From Myxococcota bacterium (GTDB taxonomy: Bacteria; Myxococcota; UBA4151), in the NCBI GenBank assembly GCA_036338695.1, contig JAYZBQ010000056.1:1-46418 (forward strand): a stretch of DNA of 46,418 bases, written 5' to 3'. How positions within the stretch are numbered: the first letter of the stretch is position 1; each line of letters begins with the position of its first letter. Shown one piece after another: positions 35,935 through 45,182 of this stretch. The notes under the pieces are model-generated. The model worked only from the letters and a program-made list of their open reading frames with translations. It ran no database searches and had not been told where the DNA came from. The position numbers and the translations under genes are program-made.

Positions 35935-37118
35935 GCTCCCGTTTGAACCAGCGCTTGGAGGCGCTTGATCGTTCGCGCCTGGATCTGGCGGATCCGCTCT
36001 CGGCTTAGGTCATAGCTTTGACCGATGGACTCGAGGGTCTCGACCGCCACGCCGCCCAAACCGAAGCGGCGTTTCACGATGTCCTGCTCCATCTCCGACA
36101 GCCCCGCCAGGAGCTTCAGCGCTCGTCTGCCATCCAGGCTCAAGATCGCCTGGTCGTCGGGCAACACGGCGTCCTCATCGGCGATCACGTCCATCAGGCT
36201 TGCGTCGCCATCCACGCGGCTGAGCTGTGCGTCGAGGCTGTAAGGGTCTTGAGGGATCTCGTTGAGCACCTGGTCCACCTTGGCGGCGCTGATCCCAGCG
36301 TGCTCGGCGATCTCTTCATAGGTCGGCTCACGTCCCAAACGATGCGTCAACTCGCGTGTCGATTTACGCACCGCTCGACGCGTGTCATGCACGTGGACCG
36401 GCACCCGGATCGTCGAGCCGCGGTTGAGGATCGAGCGCTCGATCGCCTGGCGTATCCACCAGTGCGCGTAGGTCGAAAAGCGGAACCCCATACGGGGATC
36501 GAAGCGGTGGACCGCACGCATCAAGCCGAGGTTCCCGTCCTGAACGAGGTCGAGCAGCCCGAGGTTGTGGTGCTTGAAGTCGCGCGCCACGCTGACCACT
36601 AAGCGTAAGTTTGACCGCACGAACTTGTTACGGCGCTCGAGCGTCTGATCGAACTGATCGCTCAGGTTGCGAGCCTGCTTGGCGCTCAGATTCTTTTGGA
36701 ACACGGCGCGGCTTCCGCGCCCCTGAAGCCTGACCGACAAGCGCATCATCACATCGGAGAAGAACACTCGGTCCGGGTCTTCGGCTCGGCAATGCCATGC
36801 GAGCTCCTCGAGCGCCTTGTGCTTGGGCATATCGTCCAAATTCATGGCGGCCTCTTGGAGGGCGAACCCCAACGGGCCCGGAACCTCTTCCTCCCCTTCG
36901 CCTAGCTCGCCAAAGACCTCAGCCGCTGTGCGCAGCCCGCGCGGGATGGACAGGACCAGCTGCCAGTAGGAGAGCTCGCTGGCGACCAACTCCTCAGCGA
37001 GGACCCGTTCTTGGTCGGCGGAGAGCAGCGGCACACGAGCGATCTGCCCCATGTAACTCGATACCAAATTCACTGTCGCATTGTCCTTCGGAAAGGGTTT
37101 GAATGTACGCCCTGTCAT
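35931..37118 (-). CDS. RNA polymerase sigma-70 factor (RpoD/RpoS-like, lacking region 1.1)
   Basis: Region 1.2 YMGQIARVPLL; NLRLVVSVAR; DLVQDGNLGLMRAV..FD...GFRFSTYAHWWIRQ; region 4 TLESIG...LSRERIRQIQ; GGAGG SD before ATG 37118. Confidence 0.93.
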   Translation of the reverse strand: MTGRTFKPFPKDNATVNLVSSYMGQIARVPLLSADQERVLAEELVASELSYWQLVLSIPRGLRTAAEVFGELGEGEEEVPGPLGFALQEAAMNLDDMPKHKALEELAWHCRAEDPDRVFFSDVMMRLSVRLQGRGSRAVFQKNLSAKQARNLSDQFDQTLERRNKFVRSNLRLVVSVARDFKHHNLGLLDLVQDGNLGLMRAVHRFDPRMGFRFSTYAHWWIRQAIERSILNRGSTIRVPVHVHDTRRAVRKSTRELTHRLGREPTYEEIAEHAGISAAKVDQVLNEIPQDPYSLDAQLSRVDGDASLMDVIADEDAVLPDDQAILSLDGRRALKLLAGLSEMEQDIVKRRFGLGGVAVETLESIGQSYDLSRERIRQIQARTIKRLQALVQTGA

Positions 37119-37120
37119 CG

Positions 37121-37140
37121 GTCCGCCTCCACGGGCGGAC
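37121..37140 (-). promoter_or_regulatory. Stem-loop overlapping the sigma-factor Shine-Dalgarno
   Basis: mRNA GUCCGCC-CGUGGA-GGCGGAC-CG-AUG, a perfect 7-bp GC-rich stem. Confidence 0.55.
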
Positions 37141-37248
37141 TCGGAGTTCACACACAACACACCGCCAGCAGCGCCGGCTCACACCATTGAACCATGAACA
37201 CACCCCACGGGTGGCGCAAGTGACGCAGGTCACACGTCAGCAAGTATT

Positions 37249-38331
37249 TTACGGCAACGCTAGGCTCCCTAGGACTTTTGCCTGACTGGCCCCCGTCACG
37301 CGGGCGCTGGCGCCACTTCTTCCTTGTAGAAAGAGCCACCCGAGACAGGCGAAGCAAGCCGCCTCACGGGCGTCACCAGGCATACCGAGTTGCTCGAACG
37401 GTTGGAGGGTCACCTCAGGCACTTGGCGCTGGAGCGCGCTGAGCATGACCGGATTGTGGGCGCCCCCACCCGCAACAAAAAGTTCACAGACGTCACGACC
37501 TCGAGCCAGAATCGCCTCGGCGATGAGGGTCACGGTCAGCTCGATCAAGGTGCGCGCTCCGTCAGCCGTGCTGACCTCATCAGAGATCAACTCGGTCAAC
37601 CACTCTGCGCTGAAGCGCTCGCGGGCGAGCGAAGACCCCAGCACCGGGCGCACGGCTGCAACTAAGTCAGACAACACGTCACTGCGCACCACGCCATCAC
37701 GACTCACCGAGCCGTTCTCATCCATCGTCAGGGCTCCCCCGCTGCGCAGCGCCACCCAGCGATCCACCCAACAGTTGCCCGGACCCACATCACCCGCCCA
37801 GCCCAAGCCGTCCGGCTCGAGTAAGGTCAGGTTGGCGATACCGCCCACATTGAGCAGCCAGCGCGGCGACGCGCTCGGACCAAAGAAGAACTGATCAGGC
37901 ACGGGCACAAGGGGGGCGCCCTGCCCACCCGCTGCCACATCAGCGCTGCGCAGATTCCACAAGACGGGGAGACCCGAGGCGACCGCAAGCACGTTCCCGT
38001 CACCGAGCTGCCACGTTGCGCGCGGCGGCTCGTGAAAGATCGTCTGCCCGTGGCTCACGACTAAGTCGATGGGCTCGCCACCTGCGAAGCACCTTACCCG
38101 CTCAGCGCACCAGCGCATGAAGTCAAAGCTGAGCCGCCCGAGCTCCTCGGTCTGCGCGCAGGACGCAGCGAGAAGGCGTGCGCGCAGCTCGACCGGGAAA
38201 AGCTCCTCGGCGCTGCGCACAAAGCGCCAGCGATCATCCGACTCAAACTCGAGCAAAGCCAGATCCAAACCATCGCAGCTTGTGCCGGACATCAGCCCGA
38301 GCACGCGCGCTCGACGAGGGGCGCTAATCAT
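37249..38331 (-). CDS. anmK: Anhydro-N-acetylmuramic acid kinase
   Basis: GLMSGTSCDG, SHGQT, DVAAGGQGAPLVP, NVGGIAN, DVGPGN, GGGAHN, REAACFA. Confidence 0.93.
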   Translation of the reverse strand: MISAPRRARVLGLMSGTSCDGLDLALLEFESDDRWRFVRSAEELFPVELRARLLAASCAQTEELGRLSFDFMRWCAERVRCFAGGEPIDLVVSHGQTIFHEPPRATWQLGDGNVLAVASGLPVLWNLRSADVAAGGQGAPLVPVPDQFFFGPSASPRWLLNVGGIANLTLLEPDGLGWAGDVGPGNCWVDRWVALRSGGALTMDENGSVSRDGVVRSDVLSDLVAAVRPVLGSSLARERFSAEWLTELISDEVSTADGARTLIELTVTLIAEAILARGRDVCELFVAGGGAHNPVMLSALQRQVPEVTLQPFEQLGMPGDAREAACFACLGWLFLQGRSGASARVTGASQAKVLGSLALP

Positions 38332-38902
38332 CGTTGTATACCTTCCTGACGAACCGCTCGAGCATGGACCCGCCATCGATCGACGCGATCGATTCGGGAT
38401 GAAACTGCAACGCCTCGACGCTGCCGCAGACGCTCCGAAACCCCATCATGACCCCGTCGGGAGCCTGCGCGGTCACCCTCACGCCTGGCAGCGGTTCGGG
38501 CAGCTCCACGCAGAGGCTGTGATAGCGGGTTGCCTGCGTCGGGCTTGGCAGACCAACAAACAAGCCCTGACCATCATGATGGACCTGCTCCACGAAGCCG
38601 TGCAGCGGCTCCGGCGCACGCACTACCCGCCCGCCATAATAAAGCGCCAGCGCCTGCATTCCTAAGCATACGCCGAGCACAGGGACGGCGCCGATCGCCT
38701 GATCGAGCACAAGCCGCAGGTGACCAGCCTCCTCGGGGCGCCCAGGTCCCGGACCGATGACGACGCCGCCGATGGTTGCGAGATCGAGCGCAGCGAGCAT
38801 CGGGTCATCGTGCGTTCGAACCACAACCTCAGCGCCGCTGGCTTGCAGCCCCTGCACGATGTTGTAGGTGAAGCTGTCGTAGTTATCGACCATCAAGATC
38901 AT
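38324..38902 (-). CDS. Class I glutamine amidotransferase (TrpG/PabA type)
   Basis: DNYDSFTYN, GPGPG, GVCLG, RYHSL, QFHPES. Confidence 0.92.
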   Translation of the reverse strand: MILMVDNYDSFTYNIVQGLQASGAEVVVRTHDDPMLAALDLATIGGVVIGPGPGRPEEAGHLRLVLDQAIGAVPVLGVCLGMQALALYYGGRVVRAPEPLHGFVEQVHHDGQGLFVGLPSPTQATRYHSLCVELPEPLPGVRVTAQAPDGVMMGFRSVCGSVEALQFHPESIASIDGGSMLERFVRKVYNDD

Positions 38903-40917
38903 GGCTCAAGCCCACCGGGCGCCACGCTGATCGCGCTGCGACGAAGCGATTCAGGGGTCACGCGACCGGCGTTGAAGGCTAAGCCAAAGAACGGCGTCGC
39001 GCTGACTTCGCCGGGGCGCAGCTCGCCAGAGATCCCGCCGAAGGTCGAGACACCCCAGCATCGGCATGGGCTCGCATAGCCTGCGTCCAAGCGGACGGAG
39101 TTGAGGCTCCAGGGCAGCGGGCGAACAGCGCCCGTCACGGAGACATTCCAACGATTGGTCCCGGTGCGCACGGTCCCCCAAAGCAACGCGTAGACGCCCT
39201 CGCCCGTCAGGCGATCACTATAAGGCGCTTGATTAACCAGCAGCCAAGGGTCTGGATCGATGGTGAGGTCGCGGCCGATGTGGCGCCGGAGGAACCCGAC
39301 CGTGAGGCGCTGGCTTGGGCGACGAGGACGCCATGTGTAAGACGTCGTCAAAAGCGCAGGCTCCAGCTGCAAGGTATCAAAGAGCAGACGCCCGTTGAGG
39401 CTCCAGGTCTTTCGACTCCACGCGCCCGTCCAAGTGACCAACAGCCCACGATCACTCCCCTCTTCACCTGAGCTCCGCTCAAAGGCCAGCAGCTCGTAGT
39501 CGTGGACGAAACCACTCTGGCTCGCCTTGAGACCAAGCGCCAGGACGTCCCCTGCGACACCCATCAGGTTCGCAAGGTCAGGCGCCCATGACGCGCTGAG
39601 CCGCTGCGAGCGCAGGCTCAGCCGCGGCCGAAGCTTCGTGCCACGCCCGTTATCGAGCAGCGAGAATGCCTCGAGCCGCCAACTGGAGCGAAGAACCGGC
39701 TCGTGGGCGCGCTCGCCAACAAAGAAAGCAGAGCGACCTTCGGCGCTTCCCGAGAAGCCGAGGTACGGCACCCACCGTCGACCAAACTGCAGCGACGCGT
39801 CGAGGAGCGGCACGGGCGGACGACTCTCAAACGTCGGCATCGGCTTGAGCGCCAGCTCCAGCCCCGCGCTGCCCCAATCACGATCGGCTCGAAGAATGGT
39901 CCGCACGCCAAGACTTGCGTCGGACTCGGCGCCGGCGCCCGCCATCGTTCGGCGACCTGACCACCCCTGCAAAACCAGCCCGAGCGGCGGCCCACCGAGT
40001 CGTAACCAGTGATGCGCGTCAGCCAGACGCCAGATCCGCGCCCGGACGTCCGTGGACAAGACCCCCATCACCGTGCTGTCGCTTGGGAAGACGCCTTGGT
40101 GAATCCACTCAAGCTCGGATCGCCTCATCGCATAGTCCAAGCTAAGAATACTCTGGTCGTCAACAATCCCTTGATGATGAAGCGTCTCGAGGCGGGCGTT
40201 CAGGCGCGTCGCACCATCGGGTCGCATCCTGAGCTCCGTGACGCTCCAGGGTGCCCGACCCTCGACGTATCCGGGCTCAATGGACAGGTCCCACCACGGC
40301 GCCGGCGCCAGGAAGAGCGGGAGCCGCACACGCAGACCGTCGCGCGCGTCGTAACCGAGCAGAGGCGGCAAAATACCGCTGGCGCGACGCTTGAGCGGCA
40401 TCGACCACCACGGCAGCATCAGGACCGGCACCTCGCGGATACGAAACACCGGCACACTGAAATAGACGCGCTTGCTCTCTCCGGCGACCTCGACCCGCTC
40501 AGCTCCGACGCTCCAAGGTCGATCTGGGCAAGTGCATAAAGAAAAGTCGACGTCGTCAAATCGGGCGTCGAGCCCCTCGCGCAGCACAGAGCTCGCCCTA
40601 AGCTGAGCCAGAATACGCCCCGCAGCCGTCACGACAACCACCTCAGCGTCCTCGGCGCGCACCTTCCCGGAGCCAACATAGAGGGTCTGACAGCGAATTC
40701 GAACGCCCTGAGTACTCGAGCGGACGTTCCCTGCGAGGATGATCTCACCGGTCGTCGGTTCGTACGAGGCTCTATCCGCTCGATAGGTCACGCCTTGATG
40801 GAGAATCTTGACCGCTCGCTCTGCGGTCCATTGACCTTCTCTTGAGACGACCAGCTGCTCCGCATCGACCTGAACGAGGGGGGCTGCGACCGCTGCCCAC
40901 ATCAACCAGACGATCAT
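38899..40917 (-). CDS. lptD: LPS-assembly protein LptD-like outer-membrane protein
   Basis: N-terminal OstA-like jellyroll (ADR..Y, LAGNV); FSLCTC...PW; P.....R.SG.LPP; beta-barrel pattern; C-terminal CRCWG. Confidence 0.72.
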   Translation of the reverse strand: MIVWLMWAAVAAPLVQVDAEQLVVSREGQWTAERAVKILHQGVTYRADRASYEPTTGEIILAGNVRSSTQGVRIRCQTLYVGSGKVRAEDAEVVVVTAAGRILAQLRASSVLREGLDARFDDVDFSLCTCPDRPWSVGAERVEVAGESKRVYFSVPVFRIREVPVLMLPWWSMPLKRRASGILPPLLGYDARDGLRVRLPLFLAPAPWWDLSIEPGYVEGRAPWSVTELRMRPDGATRLNARLETLHHQGIVDDQSILSLDYAMRRSELEWIHQGVFPSDSTVMGVLSTDVRARIWRLADAHHWLRLGGPPLGLVLQGWSGRRTMAGAGAESDASLGVRTILRADRDWGSAGLELALKPMPTFESRPPVPLLDASLQFGRRWVPYLGFSGSAEGRSAFFVGERAHEPVLRSSWRLEAFSLLDNGRGTKLRPRLSLRSQRLSASWAPDLANLMGVAGDVLALGLKASQSGFVHDYELLAFERSSGEEGSDRGLLVTWTGAWSRKTWSLNGRLLFDTLQLEPALLTTSYTWRPRRPSQRLTVGFLRRHIGRDLTIDPDPWLLVNQAPYSDRLTGEGVYALLWGTVRTGTNRWNVSVTGAVRPLPWSLNSVRLDAGYASPCRCWGVSTFGGISGELRPGEVSATPFFGLAFNAGRVTPESLRRSAISVAPGGLEP

Positions 40918-40944
40918 AGCTTAACGCCCCCTGTCGCAGCGAGG

Positions 40945-43080
40945 CTAGCGTACGCGCAACTCGACGCCCGATACCGTGCGCACGACGTGGAATTCAATGC
41001 CCTGCTCATGCCGGAGTTCGATCGTCATGCCGCGACGGGTCTGCTTCGGCCGGATGCTCTCCACCAAGCCGCCAAACAAGCTCGTGTCCAGCGCCCGCAG
41101 CTTCTTCGAAGCGCCCGATACGCCCGGGAGACGTACCCGCGTCATGCGCTTGCCGACCTTCGTCATCGTCACCTTGGCGTTCCCGCCGAAGCGGATGAGG
41201 ACGCGCTCCGGTCCGACCGGACGGTAGCCGATACGCTCGAATCGCCCCGTCGCAGAGGCCGGGCCGCCGCCGAATCCTGTCGCCGGCGTGGCATCGCTCG
41301 CCCGAGGCTTGGGCTCTACCCGGCGGGCGTCTGCGACCAAGACCGGCTTAGGCGCCGCTGGCTTTTTCACGGCTTTGAGTTGCGCCTGTGTCGAGGCGCT
41401 GCGCGCCTTGGCGCGCTTGGCTTGAGCCGCCAACTGCGCTGCGCGCTTGGATTGAGCTCGCCGCTGACGCTTGAGGCGCTCGAGCTCGCGTTGCCCGGCT
41501 GCCGTGCGCTTCTCCTGAGCGCTCAGATCGGCGCCGAGTTGAGCCACCAACGCGTCAGCCGCCTGTCCGCGCTGCCGCTCCTGCGCGAGCCGCCTCTCAA
41601 GCTTAGCTTGGGCGCCCTTGAGGGGTTCGAGCTTGGCACGGAGCGCCTGCACACGCCGCTGACGCTCCGCCGCTCGCCGCTGCGTGCGCTCAAGCGATTG
41701 CGTCGCCTTGCTGCGCTCAGCATCGACCAACGCGATGGAGCGCTCCAGAGTGGCTACCGCTGCGCTGGCGCTCCGCTCAGCCTGCTTGGTTTTCTGAATC
41801 TGCGCTTTGGTCTTCTTCACCGCCGTGCGCTTCGACTTGAGCTGACGCCCCAGCCGCTTTCGGCTCTGCACCACGTCCGCTAGAGCCTTATCCAAGGCGT
41901 CATTTCGGCGACGAACCGCCTCGTACTCAGTGTCGAGCGCCGCCTTGACAGCCTCTCGCTCAGTCAACTTGCTCTTCGCCGACTTGAGGTTTCGGGCGAG
42001 GCTCTTTCGCGCCCGCTCCGTCAAGGCTAGGTCCTGCTTGCGCGCCCGAATAGCAGCGTCGGTTCGCTTGAGTCGAGCCGCATCCGACCGCCGCGCACGC
42101 TGGAGCGCTTCGAGCTGCTTCTGCCGACGATCAACGCTCTGGTTGAGCTGCCGCAGCGCCGCCGTCCGCTTGCCGAGATCAGCCTGTCCGGACTCGACGT
42201 CTGCGCGCAAGCCGACCTCGGTCTGAACCAGGCGCTCGGATTCCCGCTGCTGTTTTGTCGCCACCCGCGCCAGCGCCGCCAGCTGAGACTTAAGACGCTC
42301 TTGGTCGCGCAGCAACTGATCAATGTCGTCACGTCGAGCCTCAAGCTCCCGCAGGCCCTGCGAGTTCGCCTGAAGCTGCTTAGCCTCCTGGCTCCGTAAT
42401 GCAGCGACCTCCTGACGTGCCTCGTCCTGGGTCGCCCGCACCGCTTGCAGCGCCGCAGCCGCCTGCCCCTCGGCGACCTGTCGAGCGCGCTCGGAGTCGG
42501 CCACTCGCTTCTTACCAGCTGCCAACTGGGCGTCGAGCCCTTTGACCTGCGCCAGCGCTTCACTGAGACGGCGCGAGAGCCGTTCGATCTGCTCTTCTTT
42601 TTCTGTCAGCTGGCCCTGGGCGCTGCGATGAGCACCCTCCAAGGCCTTGAGCCGCTGCTGAAGGCGAAGGGCGAGCGCCTGCTCAACCTCTGGCGCTGCG
42701 CCCGATGGCCCGAGCGCGCGCGCCACCGTGCTCCCAACCGGCAGCACCACGTGCACTGCACGCGCCGAAGCGGTGAGCTTGGGCTCGAGCCGCTTGGGCA
42801 GACTGATCCGCATCCTCATGAGGCGCGTGCGCGACCCCACGTGCTCGTCGAGATGCAGCACGACACCATCGACCACCTCGAACCGCTTCGGAAAGCCACT
42901 CGGCAGGCTGGCGCCGACGATATCGACGACGAGGGTGTTGGGCTGATGCGAGCGAAAGCTCTGAAACGTGGGTTTCCCACGAAAGCTCATCTCGATGTGG
43001 GTCTCTTGGCTCCGGCCCTCCAGTACGATCTGGCTTAGCTGGGGATCCGTGAGCAGCGCGGCGAGGACAAGCAAGCTCAT
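40945..43080 (-). CDS. AMIN-domain protein with a very long central coiled coil
   Basis: N-terminal F....P..LVVDI.GA (AMIN-like); roughly 430 aa of A/Q/R/L/K heptads; C-terminal AMIN-like domain (ALDTSLFGG.V..I). Confidence 0.7.
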   Translation of the reverse strand: MSLLVLAALLTDPQLSQIVLEGRSQETHIEMSFRGKPTFQSFRSHQPNTLVVDIVGASLPSGFPKRFEVVDGVVLHLDEHVGSRTRLMRMRISLPKRLEPKLTASARAVHVVLPVGSTVARALGPSGAAPEVEQALALRLQQRLKALEGAHRSAQGQLTEKEEQIERLSRRLSEALAQVKGLDAQLAAGKKRVADSERARQVAEGQAAAALQAVRATQDEARQEVAALRSQEAKQLQANSQGLRELEARRDDIDQLLRDQERLKSQLAALARVATKQQRESERLVQTEVGLRADVESGQADLGKRTAALRQLNQSVDRRQKQLEALQRARRSDAARLKRTDAAIRARKQDLALTERARKSLARNLKSAKSKLTEREAVKAALDTEYEAVRRRNDALDKALADVVQSRKRLGRQLKSKRTAVKKTKAQIQKTKQAERSASAAVATLERSIALVDAERSKATQSLERTQRRAAERQRRVQALRAKLEPLKGAQAKLERRLAQERQRGQAADALVAQLGADLSAQEKRTAAGQRELERLKRQRRAQSKRAAQLAAQAKRAKARSASTQAQLKAVKKPAAPKPVLVADARRVEPKPRASDATPATGFGGGPASATGRFERIGYRPVGPERVLIRFGGNAKVTMTKVGKRMTRVRLPGVSGASKKLRALDTSLFGGLVESIRPKQTRRGMTIELRHEQGIEFHVVRTVSGVELRVR

Positions 43081-44273
43081 GAGCGCGCCGCCTCGAGCCG
43101 ATCACGAAGCGGCCCCATCGCATAGATCGAGCCGAAGGCGAGCAGTTGATCCTGAGCGCAACCAGCCCGGCGTTCAAGCAAGGCAAAGGCCTGCTCGCGC
43201 GTCAGCGGTTCAACCTGTTCGCCGCCGGCTGCGAGCGACTTTGCGAGCGCATTGGCGCACGTCGCTTTTGGGTGATCAGCGGCGACCGTGTACCAACGCC
43301 GCCCAGCCCCCAGAAAGGGCTCGAGCACGGCCGGGTCGCGCCCCGACAAGGCGACGAGCAGTTCGGCCTTAGGTGCGGTTGCATTCGCCCAGCGCGCAAA
43401 CCCTCGGATCCCCTCTTCGTTGTGGCAGGCATCAAACGTTACGCCGCCGAGACGTTCTCCGCGCAGCGGGTGCCTAAACGCATCGAGCCCGCGCTGTACG
43501 GCTTGTCCATCGGTAAGTCCGATCGCCTCAGCGAGCGGCACGGCGACCGCCGCCGCATCCCAGAGCGTGTCGAAGAGGATGTGCGCCGGTCGGCTGACGT
43601 AAAAGGAAGAAGTGTTCACAGTCCTTTGGTCGGAACGCCAGTCCCGACCGTTTAGCGAAACCGTTGCATCGGTGGCTTCCGCTTGCTCGAGGTACGGGGT
43701 CATCCCTGGCCCAAGCACCAGCGGTCGCCCGGGTCGACTCACCCCCAACTTTTCCCCAGCGATCTGGTAGAGGTCGCTGCCCAAAAACGCCTCATGATCC
43801 CTGCTGATGCTGACCACAGCGCTCGCAACCCCATCGACGAGGTTGACGGCGTCGAGTCGACCACCCATGCCGACTTCGAGGATCGCTAGATCCAGCTCCG
43901 CTTCTGCGAAGCCATAAAACGCCATGGCCGTGCTCACCTCAAAAAATGTGTAATCTTCGTGATCCACGGCGTCTAACCAGCGGAGCACGGTGGCGTCGTC
44001 CACCGCCTGCCCGTCGATACGAAACCGCTGGTTGAAGCGGGAGCGGTGCGGCGAGCTAAACAACCCAGTCCGCAGACCATGGGCTCGAGCGATCGCCTCC
44101 AAGGCCCGGCAACACGTGCCCTTGCCGTTGGTTCCGGCGACGACCACGGCGCGCAACCTCTGGCTAGGCGCCCCGCAGGCTTCGTCGAGGCGCCGAATAC
44201 CCTCAAGGCCGCTGCGGATCCCTTGCCGCATCCTGCCTGCGAGGGCGTCGAGGCGCCGCTGCAGTTCGGTCAT
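43077..44273 (-). CDS. folC: Folylpolyglutamate synthase / dihydrofolate synthase
   Basis: VAGTNGKG, FSSPH, TFFE, LEVGMGGRLDAVN, DH..FLG, DACHN, FGSIY. Confidence 0.92.
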   Translation of the reverse strand: MTELQRRLDALAGRMRQGIRSGLEGIRRLDEACGAPSQRLRAVVVAGTNGKGTCCRALEAIARAHGLRTGLFSSPHRSRFNQRFRIDGQAVDDATVLRWLDAVDHEDYTFFEVSTAMAFYGFAEAELDLAILEVGMGGRLDAVNLVDGVASAVVSISRDHEAFLGSDLYQIAGEKLGVSRPGRPLVLGPGMTPYLEQAEATDATVSLNGRDWRSDQRTVNTSSFYVSRPAHILFDTLWDAAAVAVPLAEAIGLTDGQAVQRGLDAFRHPLRGERLGGVTFDACHNEEGIRGFARWANATAPKAELLVALSGRDPAVLEPFLGAGRRWYTVAADHPKATCANALAKSLAAGGEQVEPLTREQAFALLERRAGCAQDQLLAFGSIYAMGPLRDRLEAARS

Positions 44274-45100
44274 GTGCTCAGGGTCAGGCTCAGCAACTTG
44301 CCAACGGTCGGCTTGACGAGGTCACGCGCAACGACTCGATCGATGAGCCCGTGCTCAAGCAAGAACTCGGCGCGCTGAAAATCATCAGGCAACTTCTGAC
44401 CGATGGTCTGTTCAATCACCCGGCGCCCGGCAAAGCCGATCAGTGCGCGCGGCTCCGCCAGGATGAAATCCCCGAGCATGGCGAATGAGGCGGCCACACC
44501 ACCTGTCGTTGGGTCGGTCAGCAACGAGATGAAGGGCTTGAGGGTCTGACGTCGATACTCGTGCAGTAACCCCGAGACGCGCGCCATCTGCATCAGCGAC
44601 AAGATCCCCTCTTGCATCCGCGCTCCGCCACTTGCGGACACGATCAAGAGCGCCGCCTGCCGCTCGGTTGCTCGCTCGACCTGGCGGCAAATCAGCTCGC
44701 CCACTACCGAGCCCATCGAGCCCCCCATAAAGCCAAAGTCAAAGGCGCCCGCCTCGATCGGGTGACCCTCCAGCGTGCCACTCGCCGCGAGGTAGGCGTC
44801 GCTGTGCCCCGTCTTTTTCTGATAGCGCGCCACACGGTCGGGGTACGCCTGCGTGTCATGGAAGCGCAACGGATCGCCGCTGCGCACCTCCACGTCATGC
44901 AACACCGGCTCCTCATCGAGCAGGAGCCGCAGACGCGCCATGGCGCTGATACGGTGGTGGTGACCACAGTGCGGACAGACCTGATAGTTGGCGTCGAGCT
45001 CTTTGGTAAGGAGCAGCGCCTTGCAGCCATCACAGTGTCGATAAAGCCCGGTTGGAACCTGGACCTTTTTATTCGAATCGAGCGTTGCGTCTTCAGCCAT
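44270..45100 (-). CDS. accD: Acetyl-CoA carboxylase carboxyltransferase beta subunit
   Basis: C4 zinc finger (CDGC...CPHC), FMGGSMG, SGGARMQEG, PTTGGV.ASFA, FAG.RVIEQT. Confidence 0.96.
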   Translation of the reverse strand: MAEDATLDSNKKVQVPTGLYRHCDGCKALLLTKELDANYQVCPHCGHHHRISAMARLRLLLDEEPVLHDVEVRSGDPLRFHDTQAYPDRVARYQKKTGHSDAYLAASGTLEGHPIEAGAFDFGFMGGSMGSVVGELICRQVERATERQAALLIVSASGGARMQEGILSLMQMARVSGLLHEYRRQTLKPFISLLTDPTTGGVAASFAMLGDFILAEPRALIGFAGRRVIEQTIGQKLPDDFQRAEFLLEHGLIDRVVARDLVKPTVGKLLSLTLST

Positions 45101-45117
45101 GTCGGCCTCCCACCCCG

Positions 45118-45146
45118 CTGCTACTTCGGCTCGCGGCGGCGATCAA
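45118..45146 (-). promoter_or_regulatory. Putative sigma-70 promoter of the accD operon
   Basis: Minus strand TTGATC-N17-TAGCAG, followed by a GGGAGG SD. Confidence 0.35.
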
Positions 45147-45182
45147 TCCTCGATCGCGCCCGAGCGCCTCGTACGCGGCCGC

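Noticed and set aside
37145..37250. Possible sigma-54 promoter or GCA(A/G)GT repeats upstream of the sigma gene
   Set aside because: GG-N10-GC spacing is not met and the repeats are too short to support
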